Assembly (NCBI RefSeq): GCF_006345805.1
Contig: NC_043001.1
Coordinates: 93,000,001 to 93,064,000, forward strand
Length of the DNA: 64,000 bases
Source: Octopus sinensis
Lineage: Eukaryota
Direction of reading: 5' to 3'
Numbering within the stretch: the first letter of the stretch is position 1; the number at the start of each line of letters is the position of its first letter. This document shows positions 40,205 through 54,115 of the stretch, piece after piece. The position numbers and the translations under genes were made by a program. Under the pieces are notes generated by a model. It made no database searches, had not been told where the DNA came from, and worked only from the letters and a program-made list of their open reading frames with translations.

Positions 40205-42173
40205 CTTGAATTAAAGAATGTTCATTTTTTTTCATCATGAAATATGGTAAAGTCTAACTCTTAATCGATTTTGGTGAAAGATACAGACACATATATTAAA
40301 CATTTCTTTGATATTTTTTTTTATTAATCAGAAATTACTGTATACAAGTCTAACTTTTATTTCTAAATGGGCACTAAAAAACAAGCCAAACAGTTAAAAA
40401 ATAAGCCAAATAAAAAAACAACAAAAAATAAAACAAATAGAATAATTCATATATTTATTAATTCTTATTCGTATTAAATTATTTATATGTTTATAGTTTT
40501 TAATTTATTTATTACAAATTTTGTAAAAATCTAAAAAGTAATTGAAAATATTAAAAAAAAGTTTTATGAGATATGGATTATTTGGTTTTGTTTATAAGTC
40601 TCGTCTGTAAGAAATTAAGAAAACAAACAAATCAACAAAACAAATGCGTCTATCTATCTTTCCCATATACCCATCTATATACGTTTCATTGTTTTGAAAA
40701 AATGTATATGATAAAATAAAATTTTTTTTAAATGACAAAATGAAAAGTAAAAGAAGGATCGAAACACTATCTCCTCCATCAAATTGTGTTATATCTGTTT
40801 ATGCAAAGCAACCTATATAGAGAGAATAGAAACCACGCAAGAAAAAAAAGACGGACGACAGATAGAAAAGAAAGGACAAAAAAAAAAATCAGTTACTTCA
40901 TCAATCTATCTGTATATATTTCGCTTCAGAAGAATCGTCTGTAAATACTGTTTTTTCATTTGATTTGATTTCAATCGGAACAAATACTTGAAATTCATTA
41001 GAAATAGAGTCTCATTGGTATGTTTTAAATTGAAAAATGTAAAAGAAAGAAAGAAATACTTCTTATTTAATCTTAAATAATCGTAAACCTGGGATTTGTA
41101 TCTATGTAACTGTAAGAGACGTTGTGATGCTTGTGACTTACCGAAAGTCTTCGATTAACATAAACGAATTGAAATTTAAATAATTTATTTAGTCTGCTGT
41201 TGTTGTTATTATTGTTTTAGTCCATGTTATTCCTGATCAAACAGACTTATGATCATGGGCGTTCCAACTGTGACCACCGCATCTTTTTTAAGATCTACAA
41301 TATCTAATGTACCATTTTGCTTGCAAGACTGTAGCATGAGCTTTGAGGGAAAATTTCGTTGCTATTTTCAGCAAGCCAAGTAGTTGCATATGGATTCCTT
41401 TGGCTCGTCTTTAATGTGTATTTTCTCCCTTTATGAAGAAGTGATTTCCATACGGCCATAATGTTCTACTCACACATAAAACCGGTCGGTTCTTAACTGA
41501 TTTGAAAATTATTGTTTCATTCTCCTATAGAATGGATTAAGTACCTCATCAAATTAATTCATTTGATGCTTCTTCAAATGCATCTGTCAGATAAATATTT
41601 CTCTATTGAATAATAATGAAACAAAAAAAATATTTTTAAGCAAATGTCTTTGAGAAAATGTGTTTAAAAAGGTCAGAAAATAAATGCTGTGTTTGAATGC
41701 CGTGAATATCTTCAATTGATCATACATACATACACACATTCACAAATAGAAGCTTACTTGCGAGCCTGAACATGTTCATTCGATCTGCAAGAAATACCAG
41801 CTAACTTTCCCTTGAACCAGACATTCTCATGAAAAGGGAAAAACACGTTAGAAAATGTTACGAGTAAGGCTGACCTGAAGTAAACAACAGCAATACATAC
41901 ACACATACGCATAAATACACAAACACACAAAGAGACGTACACACACATAAATGCACACACACACACACACTTATACAGTAAATGTTTATAAGAATATCGA
42001 TAACAACTGACTTTGGTCTCAGTGAGATATTAATTTACCTAGCGGATCATACCAACTCAATATTTCGTCTTAACATTGCTGTAAAACGGCCGTTATATTT
42101 CCCTAATTGTTTGGAATAATCTAATTGAATTCTTGAATTGTTAGAGAGACTAAATGAAAAACCAGAGATAGAG

Positions 42174-42204
<31 letters not shown>

Positions 42205-42746
42205 ATAAAAAAAGATCTGAATACATGACAATATAGACAAGAATAGTTCAAGTCTATTGTCGATTCGATTGAAAGAACAAAGACAATATTTTGAGAGTAA
42301 TCCAAACGATAGCAAAGAGCTTTATAGAAGCATAAGTTGTTCAACCGAAAGAAGTTTTTATATAGTACCAAATAACGGAAATAGCCAGAGGAAATTGCAA
42401 TATCCACACATACCCAAACCATATGTATTCTGAAGGTATAATAAATATAAAGTAATGGGCATATACACATCATATATATGTGTGTGTGTGCGTGCGTGCG
42501 CTCACGTGTGTGCATATGTGAGCGTCTTTGTTTATGTGTACCTGTGTGTATGTCAATATTTGTGTAGCTATAATGTTAATTTAAATTGTGAATAAAGTTC
42601 AAATACGTATCCTTAATAAATATACCTTCGGCATTGCTGTTTAAATGGGCCCAGCGGGAGTGATTGTATGTTTATGCAACATACATTGTGAAATAATTCA
42701 CAATTTATCCAAACACGCTGTGTCAGTACTTTAGATAACACAGTAC

Positions 42747-42784
<38 letters not shown>

Positions 42785-43269
42785 GCGTGCGTGCGTGTAT
42801 GTGTGCGCGCGCACAAAAACACACATAAACACACCACACACTCACACACATATATGTATGATAGCATAAGTAGTTCTCATTTTTTCGTTCCAGGTAAACA
42901 ATGATTAACGCACTTGACAGAGTATAAATCGACATATAATATCGAACCTCTCAACACATAATTAATTACTCCAAAGTATTTTGTACGACGCTGTTACATT
43001 TCTTCCACCTCAAATGATAAAACTTTCTTACAGTGACACAAGACCATAAATTTCTAGGGGAAGGGGATAAAATTGGCTCAGTTTTTGACTGCTGCGTTAC
43101 CTTATCGGCTGATAAAGGATTAAAGGCGAAATTGACTTCGGTGGATTTTGATCTCAGAGCAGTAAAAAATATAAATAAATGAATAAATAAATAAAAACAT
43201 CGTTGCATTCCGCAATGTATTTTATCAGACAGAAACAATTCTGCTGACCCTGAAACTATCTCAGCCAAC

Positions 43270-43876
43270 TACAATGCGAACATACTGTTGAGCATGTCAG
43301 CTCTGACAGGGAAATTAAAGATAATGATCCAGGTATTATTATTAAGGACAGCCAAGAAAGAAAGTACTTTCTAATTCAAGTATCAGTCCTCATTGAATGA
43401 TGCATTGCTAAAAGAAATGGAGAAATTTATCCCGATAAAAATAACTGAAATATTCATAACCATAATGCGAGAGCTGACAGCAGAAATAATACCTATGACA
43501 ATAACGCCGTACACAACCAAATCCCAGAGCTTATTATTATACAGATCCAATGATGGGGCGTCCATGTGGTTTCTAGACTTTCAAGAAATATCTAACACTT
43601 TGACAATAAAAGCCTAATTGGACATATAGTCCTAGATACCCATAACGAAACGCAGTGGTTAAAGTTGGTATGATGTTTGATTATTGATTTGTTCAGTTAG
43701 GACATACCTGGGGCTAAATAACAACAACATACAGAAAATAGCATTATTTGGCACCGCACACATATTGCATAGAATACTTTTTAATACAATAGTAAATACA
43801 ATAAAAATCGAACCAAAAATACTGGACATGCCTGACGCACACAGGACAATACTCAGTCGTGCAGTGAAAGCACGCA
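43270..43876 (+). mobile_element. Decayed R4/Dong-clade LINE 3' end
   Basis: SDREIKDNDPGIIIKDSQERKYFLIQVS (cf. TDR.I.ANRPDIV.KD....C.LID), LKEMEK, IQKIALFGTAHILHRIL (cf. QK.ALLGTAHILR..L), then 3' UTR and an A-rich tail. Confidence 0.75.
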
Positions 43877-44343
43877 AAAAAAAAAAAAGACAACTGAAAA
43901 AATAAAAAAAATAATTTATCCATATATATTCATTTAATCTCCATAAAACCATTTCGCACATGATCTTAGCTAAAAGGTATACATAACATCATAAACAAAA
44001 CCCCAGCAATTGCTCTTATATTTGCCATAAACCTAAAAGGATCGCAGAGTTTGTGGTTGCCTGTGTGGGAGTTTAGGAGTTAAGGGATTAAAGTAATATC
44101 ACACATTTCCATATAATATAGAATCCGAATTAGAAGCAGTTCTTTTACTCTGTTATGTTTATTGCACTAACGGAACTGGAATAGTGAGATCTCTTTTATT
44201 TTCGTGATTATATTGGTTTCTTTTGTGTTTTTTTTTGCTTCGTAATTTTTATTTGGTAATATTTTTTCTACCTTCTCCTCAATCTCAAATGCAGAATTAA
44301 GTGCTAGCCATTACAATTTCTTCTTTGACACCCTTTTAGAAAT

Positions 44344-44400
<57 letters not shown>

Positions 44401-44497
44401 TATATATATATATATATATATATATTTGCTTCGCTCTACACCTCTATTTAACCCACATCTCCAGTCACATCCAGCAATTCAAACCACTTTCCTTAGA

Positions 44498-44848
<351 letters not shown>

Positions 44849-45629
44849 AATATGCACGACGCTGAGCCGTCTTTGTTGCTCGCTTGTACAAAAGAAAATA
44901 GAAAAGAAAGAAAATGAAAAAGTAGGAAGAGAAGGCAGAAAAGGAATCAAACAGAACGAAGGGATATATGAAAGGAATAGAGGAGAAAGAAAAAGAAAAG
45001 AAGTTTGGCAACGAAGCGTAGAATAAACTGAAGGACATCAAAGAAGAAAAAAAAGCAACTAATAAAGGCTGGAAGAAAGTGGTGAAGTAGAAAGAAGTTA
45101 AGGAAAATGAAAGAATGCAAACATGAATCTAAGAAAGAAGGCTGAAAAGAATGTGTGAACGAATGATAGTAAAAACTATAAAAATGGGAAAAGAACATGA
45201 GAAATGGAAAGCAAGGCTGAGGAAGGAGAGAAAGGACAACAAAACTAATAACAGAAAGTAAGGACCCATGTACGAAAACAGGAAACAGGAAAGCCGGAAA
45301 ACTGTGAGAGTGAAGGGAGGGGCACTGTCTTGCAATACTGTTGTCAATTACATCGAGACCCATATTTATGCATTGACTGGTATTTATCAACCCCAAAAAG
45401 ATAAACAGGAAAGAGAACACGAATACGACTTAAATTCTGAATACAAAACGGACGTAACTAAATATCACAAAGTATTTTGTCCGGTGCTCTACTGATTTTT
45501 TCATTCACCTTCTCAGAATGAACGATGGGAATATACACTAAGGAAATGCACAAAAAAAAAGGGGAAAAGAAAGGTAAAAGATAAAATACTTTAGTGAGCA
45601 GCCTTATAAAATAAAAATAAATGCGCCTT

Positions 45630-45870
45630 TTTAAAGCCTAGCCAGGCTCATGGGCCTGGGTTCCCGGTTTCTATGGTGTATGTGTTCCCCAGCTGGACGG
45701 GACACCAGTCCATCGCAGCGTTACTCATTTTTCCCAGCTGAGTGGATTGGAGCAACGTGAAATGAAGTGTTTTGCTCAAGAACACAACGCGTCGCCCGGT
45801 CCAGGAATCGAAACCACAATCTTACGATCATGATGCTGACACCCTAACTACTAAGACACGCGCCTCCACT
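45630..45870 (-). mobile_element. tRNA-derived SINE, family C (V-domain-like core)
   Basis: Minus: ggaggcgcgtgtcttagtagttaggg...ggtttcgattcc (A/B boxes), then gttgctccaatccactcagctgg...gcgatggactggtgtcccgtccag, resembling the V-SINE central domain. Confidence 0.75.
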
Positions 45871-46910
45871 AGTCTTATTATGCGAATGACAATTCATTAT
45901 TTGATGTGCTATGATAAACAAGTTTTAATTGCCTCTCCTATATGCTCGCCTTATAAACTCTAATTCAGTTCCGACACTTCAATGTTTTGACAATCTCATG
46001 ATTATCTCCCTTGTTGTTTAGATCAAGGCTAACTTTGAGTGGACCTATGATTAAAGGCACCTTTTTTTTTGCCCCAGGTGCAGTGAATCTAGTTTGAACC
46101 AGTTCCGTATAGCTAAGCCTTCTCTAAAATGTTCCTTATAGGGGTTGATGAACTATTGCGAATGCAATATATAACTATACCAACGGATATACATTGCATC
46201 CGCTGTTTATACTCAGCGAGTTGTTCTCTCTTGTCCTTATTTGCAATATTAGGCAACATGGCATGTCGAAGGTTAAGTGTACTTATGGTGAATACTAGCC
46301 CTATAAGCATCGACGCTTCGATTGTCAGTTCTAGTCCACCACTCGTCCAAACAAGTTCAGCTGAAAGGTGAACAAAGCTAAAAGCAAAATATATCTGTGC
46401 AGTCACTCGATACACTAGATATAGTAGTCGAATTCCTCTCATAGTCGACCCTACCATCCTTAAAAATGAGAGGAAACATTATATGATGTAGTCCGTAATA
46501 CATTATGGACGAAAAAAAGAAATTCAGAGCGCAATGATCATAGATAGAACGTTTCAGTCAAAAAGAAAGGTCTGTTTAATCAGTACTGACATCCAGCTAA
46601 ACAAAATAATCAGATACTATTTTCTTTGTAAGTCTTTACGTAACCTATACCAGATTTTTAAAAGACTAGTACACTCTTTCAAAAGAAACACCTAATGAAG
46701 AACACACTGAGATTTGTGAGTCCTTCTGATTCGAAGCACTTTTCGTTCGTCAGTGCCGAAAACTTTATTCAACGTCAACGAGACTGCTAGTAATCAGTAA
46801 TGGATGGCGTAATGGAGAGAATTATGAATTTATGGTAAATTATCTGCTCTTTACAAAACGCTCACATACCCGCTCATGTACATATACACACAGACACATC
46901 TACACACACG

Positions 46911-46972
<62 letters not shown>

Positions 46973-47805
46973 ACACACACACACACATACACGCACACAG
47001 ACACACACACAAATTCATAAAGGCAAAGTGAGACAACTAACCACACAAATGTTTAAATTTCTTCCTTACAGTATTCCTTACAAGTTACAGCCTCGTTTGG
47101 GTTGAATAAAAAAAGATTGTACTGACGAATGTATAATACACAATATTTTTTTAATTCACCGGTTTTGCTATGAATCTTAAAGTATGTCCGTGCTTAGTTT
47201 ACTATTCATAAATATTTTTTTCATATAGCCCTATGCTTTATTTCATATTGCTTTCTATAATTTGTGGTAAGACTAACGACATTACATACACACACGTACA
47301 CACATGTACACATAAACAAATACAAACACCCGTACATATGTAAAACTATGCGCTATACTACATTATATCATCTAATTCCAGCCACCCGTGAGTTAAATAT
47401 GTTACTAAGATCATAGTATAGAGTCGTCTCTGCTAAACCGGTAATACTGTTCCTTCATTTGATAGTCCACATCTTGCGGATTCGGCGAGCTGTGGCTTTC
47501 ACATAACTTAGATAATTTAAGTTAATGTATCTCAATTAATTGATGTGACATTCACAAAGACACGATTTATATTGTGTAGTCTCAAACAAAAGGTCATAGA
47601 AAGATTGTCTAGAAATTGACTTTTACTCATAACAACAACACGATCAACCAAAAACAATTGTTTCTCACATAAGAAATCCAATTTTAATTGGAAGACTGCT
47701 TAAACCAGCTGATAACTCTCTTTGTCTCTCTGTTTCTGTCTGTCTATCTACCTGTCTGTCTGTCTGTCTCTATCTTTCTCTAACACGCACACGCATCTAT
47801 GCATT

Positions 47806-47890
<85 letters not shown>

Positions 47891-48976
47891 TGTGTTTTCC
47901 ATAGAGCAGCAGTTCAAATATAACTTCTATCTTCACCTAAAAACAAAAATTCAACTGCTTGAGGAAGAAATTAACAAGATTTATTTACTGGGAATGTGAT
48001 AAAGCAAATCCAAATACTCGGTCTTCGGAAGTTAATTGAACGGTAATGATAATAAGCTAACGCAATAATACGCTTGAAATGTTTCTTTCAGTGTTCATAG
48101 GTTATAGTTAAAGATCCGTCATAGTACAGTCTGTCCTGTTTAATGAGTAAGTGAAAAGATTCTTTGAAGTAAATACTATTTTTAACGAACTAAATTATAC
48201 GAGAAATAAGACAGCAGTAAAACAGTAACAACCACAACAATAGTGAACATATTAATATTAACAACAACAACGACAATAATAATAATTATTATTATTTCTA
48301 CTATAGACACAAGGCCTGAAACTTTAGCATTTTGTGCTGTACAGCAACGATTTTATCAGCTCGAAATACTTCCAAACAGTACTGGATAGAAAACAGAACA
48401 ATCTGCGAAAATCGAAATGAATTTTTTTTTAACTTGAAAATTTGAATCTGAAATTGAAATTGATTCTAAAGTTACGGATCTCAACATCTCTTATTTTATA
48501 CACCACTGAATGTATTAAAACTGATTTTCTTTTCTTTTATATCAATTGTGATTGCTAGTCTGGTAACAATTTCATCATTTAAGTTTAAAATTCCATTGCC
48601 AGTCTTTATGCATGATACAAAACCGAAATATACACACAATGCCCTTCAAAAAGTAACTTGAACTGAGAACATTAAGCTAACGAAGCCCTTGTCAATTGTT
48701 TAAAGCTGTCGCTGTCTAGATCGGCGAAATATACCTCATCATGAAACCTACTCCAAACTTGATGAAATTTCATCGATATGAGTCCAATGCCTTGATCATG
48801 GGCACAATTCGTACCAGACACAACCATTAGATCTGCTGCCTAGCTTTTTATTGTTCTGTCAACTAGAACTTCATTGTTTTCGATAAAGACATGGAAATGA
48901 AGTATTGGCTTGGTCAAAAAGGAAATAAATCACAAATATATTTTTTAAAAAATAAGGAAAATATATCTGTACTCAC

Positions 48977-49312
48977 TGTTTACTTTGAGGTAAACCCACG
49001 TGCCGTTTCCCGTGAATTTTTCAATGTCCAGGAATATTACTTTACATTCGTACCAGCCTTCGTCCTGTGTTCGGATGTGACTTATTTCTAATGACATACC
49101 ATGGATTATCTTGAGCCGACCTTCAAAGCGGCCGTTAATCTGTGGTGGGTAATTGTCGTAACGCATGTAGACTGGCTGATCAAGACCGGCCTTATTCCAC
49201 TGGATCACGTGGGGCTTCTTTTTCCCTACCGGTAAGGAAACGTGGCAGTTAAGAACCTGCTGTCCGCCTAAACTTGCAGACTTTGTCATGGATTCCACCA
49301 AACCACTAAGTC
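48977..49312 (-). CDS. tutl: Internal coding exon, N-terminal V-type Ig domain of a Turtle/IGSF9-family cell-adhesion protein
   Basis: Translation (G)LSGLVESMTKSASLGGQQVLNCHVSLPVGKKKPHVIQWNKAGLDQPVYMRYDNYPPQINGRFEGRLKIIHGMSLEISHIRTQDEGWYECKVIFLDIEKFTGNGTWVYLKVN. It has the Ig B-strand Cys, C-strand Trp and DxGxYxC, plus the Turtle/IGSF9 Ig1 signature D.GWYECKV.FL...NG[ST]W..L.V. Acceptor cttctctttgtttctttgcacag|GA at 49313/49312; donor AACA|gtgagt at 48977/48976; 336 nt = 112 codons, phase 1-1. Exact orthologue (tutl/IGSF9/IGSF9B versus a paralogue) cannot be fixed from one domain. Confidence 0.9.
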
Positions 49313-50938
49313 CTGTGCAAAGAAACAAAGAGAAGATTAAATTATAAAAGCTGAAATATATAATTTTGGACAGGGGAAATGTTGGTTATAATTACTCTCA
49401 AAATAATATAATTATATAATATAATATTGGAAGGAATGGGTTCGAAGATAGCAAATAAATTTTCTCTTTAGGTGCGATTATGATAGATTTAATGGCACAA
49501 ATATGTAAGGGATGTGAGAACTTTGTATCAAAGACCAAGTTCATAACAACGCAAATCTCACCTTTATACAGTAATCTCATTTATTTACAGTTACAAGTGA
49601 TATATTCAGTGTGCCTATTTCCAGGCAGAGTCAGGAACATTGAAAGATAATAAATAGTATTCGTCATGGATTCGGTGATGCTTCATGAAAGGACATGAAC
49701 CGCAGACAATTCGCAAGTAATCCATTGTTTCTGTTAATTCGATTCATCGCTACTTTATCTCTTCCTCTTTTTACCCTCTCTCGTGTTTCTAATTTTCAGT
49801 TGTAGCCAGTTTATATTAGGCAATTGATACATTTAGGAAAGACATGAACCCCGAACATTAAATTTACTCAATAATCGGGAAGCTTTTTGTCTTGCCAAAA
49901 GGAAGGTAATAAAATAATGCCAAAGTAGAATTTTATCATTCCCGCCTTCTTTTCGTAAACATCTCAATATTCAACAAAACTCGAATCGAACTAACAAAGC
50001 CACTATAAAGTCGATCAACCTACAAGAAACTGCATCCATATCTCCCTCAAATACTACCACACAGCCTAAACAAGAGAGAAGCATATTTGGTAGTGTAGTT
50101 TTAGATACCCCTAAAAGTAAGGATGTATATATGTCTATATGTATGAAATTATATCCATATATACAACCACATAATCATTTGTATAGATTTACATGGATTC
50201 ATGCAGGTAGATATTCGGAACTACGTTGTTTGATAATTTAATGAAATCTCCCTTTGAAACGAATTCTACTTCCGCTTTATTCTCTTCCTGTGCAGCAAAA
50301 TTAGTTTCGGAGTTAACTAGGAACCTGTATTGTGCTGCAGCTCAGAGGTATAGCTACACCTTTCTTTCTCCTCAACCAGCCACTAATAAATAAAAACCAT
50401 TTAATTCACCGGAAACAATATAATTTACCAGCATCCTGTTTGAGAGGAAAGGATACGAAATTGTATAGGTGTGGTTGAAATAATGATGATGGCGATAGCA
50501 ATGGCTTGTGGTGTGCAGGTAGGTGTGTATGTGTATGTCATAAAGAGAGAATAAACACGAAACCCATATAACGTGGTAGTGGGAAGATGGCTGTGATAGT
50601 GATGAGAGGGTGATGAAATTGGATATAATATCAAACTAATCTTGTAACAAAGCATTGCAGTGAGCAGAAAATAGGTTTGTTATGTGCTCCCGTTTTACAT
50701 AAGAATGCATACACGAATGCAGCGTGTCTGTATGTATTGTGTGTGTGTGTGTGTTATGTATTCGAGCAAGCTCACCGGTTAAAAAGTTTCCATCGCAATC
50801 ACCAGGTTTTGAGTTTGATCCCTCTACTCGGCACCTTGGGCAAAGCTCTTTTATTACAAACCAGAGTCGACCTCAAACCTTGTGAGTGAATCGATTCTAG
50901 CTGAGCATGACGTTAAGGATATGAGTATTCTTAGAAAT

Positions 50939-51171
50939 GGCGGCGAGCTGGCAGAAACGTTAGCATGCCGGGAGCAATGCTCTATGGTATTTCGTCTGTC
51001 TTTACGTTCTGAGTTCAAATTCCGCCGAGGTCGACTTTGTCTTTAATCCTTTCGGGGGTCGATTAAATAAGTACCAGTTATGCACTGGGGGTCGATATAA
51101 TCGACTTAATCCGTTTGTCTGTCCTTGTTTGTCCTCTCTGTGTTTAGCCCCTTGTGGGTAGTAAAGAAATA
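50939..51171 (+). mobile_element. Full-length tRNA-derived SINE, family B, with a 19-bp target-site duplication
   Basis: ggcggcgagctggcagaaacgttagc...gagttcaaattcc...gtaaagaaata, flanked by gatatgagtattcttagaa (50918-50936) and gatatgagtgttcttagaa (51172-51190). Confidence 0.9.
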
Positions 51172-51448
51172 GATATGAGTGTTCTTAGAATACTCAAGCA
51201 CTTGCATTAAATTTTAACGAGTAGGCAACTCAGTTTATTGAACGTGGATTGCATGTAAAGTCGCCTTTCTATTTCTTTCTCTGTCACAAGGCTTTACTCT
51301 GCCCGAGGTCATAGCAAAAGACACTTAACCAAGGTGCCACATAGTAGGACTGAACCCTGTATGAATGTATTTCGCATAAATATTGTCGAGGATACTGTAT
51401 GGTATTCTAGTATTTGTGTTCTGGTGCTTTTTAAATAAAATGGAATCT

Positions 51449-51507
<59 letters not shown>

Positions 51508-51509
51508 GC

Positions 51510-51573
<64 letters not shown>

Positions 51574-51614
51574 GGTGGTGGTGGTGAAGGTGTTGTTGTT
51601 GTTGCTGTTAAGTC

Positions 51615-53090
51615 GGGCGGCGAACTTGCAGAATCATTAACACGCCGGGCTAAATGCTCTGAGGCATTTCGTCTGTCTTTATTCCACCGAGGTAGACTTT
51701 GCTTTTCATCATTTCGGGGTCAATAAATTAAGTACCAGTTGAATACTGGGGGTCAATGTAATCGACTAAACTCCTCCTCCCAAATTCCAGGCCATAGTAG
51801 AAGTGGTTATTATGACTATGAAGGTGGCGAGTTGACAGAATCGCCACAGCGTTGGAATGAATTCTTCATGGTATTTCTTCAAGCTCTTTATGTTCTGCGC
51901 TCAGTTCCCACCGGGTTCAACTTTGCACTTCATTCTTCGAGACGGATAAATTAAAGTACCAGTTAAGTACTGGAATCAATGACATCCACTAAACCCCTCT
52001 CCTCAAAATTACTGGACATGTGCCTAAATCAGAAATTTTATCGACCTCAGAGAGATGGAAAGCAAAACTGGTGACGGAGAGATTTGGACTCAAAAGCTAA
52101 ATATTGCATATTATATTTTTCGACATTCTGACAATGCTGCCAACCCAACGCTTTCACTAACAACAATAATTATTGTTACTTGAAAGATTAAGGCGGAGAC
52201 CTGTCGGAATCGTTAGCATACCAGACAAAATGCTTAGCAGTATTTCGTCTGCCGCTACGTTCTGAGTTCAAATTCCGCCGAGGTCGACTTTGTCTTTCAT
52301 CCTTTCGGGGTCGATAAATTAAGTACCAGTTACACACTGGGGCCGATGTAATCGACTTAATCTGTTTTTTTTTTGTCCATGTTTGTCCCTTCTGTGTTTA
52401 GCCTCTTGTGGGTAGTAAAGAAATAGGTATTCCCTCCGACTTTACGTTCTAAATTCAAATTCCGCCGAGGTCGACTTTACCTTTCATCTTTTCGGCGTTG
52501 ATAAATTAAGTACCAGTCGAACACTGGGGTTGCTATGATCGATTAATCCCATCCCTCAAAATTTCAGGCCTTGTTCCTATGGTAGAAAGGATTATTACTA
52601 AGGGCAGCGAGCTAGTAGAATTTCTTCCGGTTCTTTACGCTACGAGTTCAAATTCAGTTGAGGTCAGCTTTGCCTTCCACCCTTTTGGGGTCGATAAAAT
52701 AAGTACCAATCAAGCACTGGAGTCGATGTAATAGATTTGCTCCTCCCTTCTAAGTTGCTGGCCTTGTGTCAAAGTTAGAAAGAATTAAGATAGGCGGTAT
52801 CATTATTGCGTCGGATAAAATCTCTTGCAGTATCTGTTCCAGGGTCGATAAAATAAAGTACAAGCCAAGTCATAGCTTTGAACGGCATTGATTAACAAAT
52901 ACCCCAGATTTTAGACGCTTTGCATGGCACTTATTCTTGCTCTTTGCGAGAATTTGAGTTCAAATCCCGATAAGGACAACTTTATCTTTTGTCTCACCCT
53001 GATCTATAAAACAAAACAGCAATGAAGCAATGGGATCGATATAATCGATTAACATCTTTCCCCTCAAAATTGTTGGAAATGTGCTTAAAT
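51615..53090 (+). mobile_element. Dense cluster of about 7-8 family-B-related SINE copies, almost all co-oriented
   Basis: Copies begin near 51615, 51821, 52191, 52426, 52600, 52790 and 52920, plus one inverted remnant near 52030-52150. Recurrent motif ggggtcgataaa(t)taagtaccag...actggggtcgat. Confidence 0.8.
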
Positions 53091-53659
53091 CAGATAAAAT
53101 TATTATTTAGAAATAAACTGAGCAACATGGAAGACTAAAAATATTAAATAAATAGGTAAATAAATAAATATTTCGAAAGTAGGCAGTTAATCCAGTTGAC
53201 ATCAAAAATCCCTATCAACATATCTTTCCTTTTTCCTGTCAGCTTTCACTGCGTCTCCACAACCTGTTTAGCAACGTTGTCTCAGCCACTGACTGACAGG
53301 TTGCTGGAATATGGAAGCTATACACAGAAAGCTGCTACTGAAGGAAAAATCAAGTGTTGCAACATTAATACGAATCGACATTTACAAAGGGAAATTAAAG
53401 AGAAACAAGGAATTGAGAAAAAGATTGTCGACATTTGCCGAGAACATGATCTCTTTGCTCGTATTGTATTCTAACACACCACTTTCTCATCTTCTCTTTC
53501 TTTCCATTCTCTTAGCCTGTGTATGTATGTATGTATGTATGTATGTATGTATGTATGTATGTATGTATGTATGTATGTATGTATGTATGTATGTATGCGT
53601 GTGCATGATGGATGTAATGTATGTGTGTGCGATGTGCCTCTATCGTCTATCTTTTACTT

Positions 53660-53820
53660 GCTTCAATAACTGGACTGCGACCATGCAGTCTACCCTAATT
53701 CTATCCCAGTATTTGTTATTTCTTAAGGTTTGGTACTTATTCTATCGGATTCCTTGGCCGCACCGTTAAGTTATGGGGACGTAAACACACCAACACCGAT
53801 TGTCAAGCGGTAGTGGGTGG
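53660..53820 (-). mobile_element. SINE family A, 3' half
   Basis: Reverse complement of the ttgacaaccgatgctggtgtgtttacgtcccc...gatagaataagtac domain at 35270-35345. Confidence 0.75.
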
Positions 53821-53823
53821 GAA

Positions 53824-54035
53824 AAACTCAGACAGGTCGCCATGATAGATCGCTAGCCACTACAAACATTTTTTCTCTCCTTGTTTCTCTCCTTGTTTTT
53901 TTCTGTGTCCCTTTCTGTAGAAGAACGTAGGCTCTAAACGTAAAGGACCTTTTTCTATTCCTGAGCGTTCTACTAATACATCTGTTTGTCTTGTACACCA
54001 CCTGTCTTCGTCTTTTGCTTTTTTTCGTAAACTCT

Positions 54036-54048
<13 letters not shown>
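53824..54048 (+). mobile_element. Probable PLE terminal-repeat remnant with a degenerate hammerhead-like motif, ending in (TA)n
   Basis: gtccctttctgtagaagaacgtaggctctaaacgtaaaggac shows stem I (gtccctt/aaggac), palindromic ACGU and a GUA triplet, but a broken core. Confidence 0.45.
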
Positions 54049-54115
<67 letters not shown>

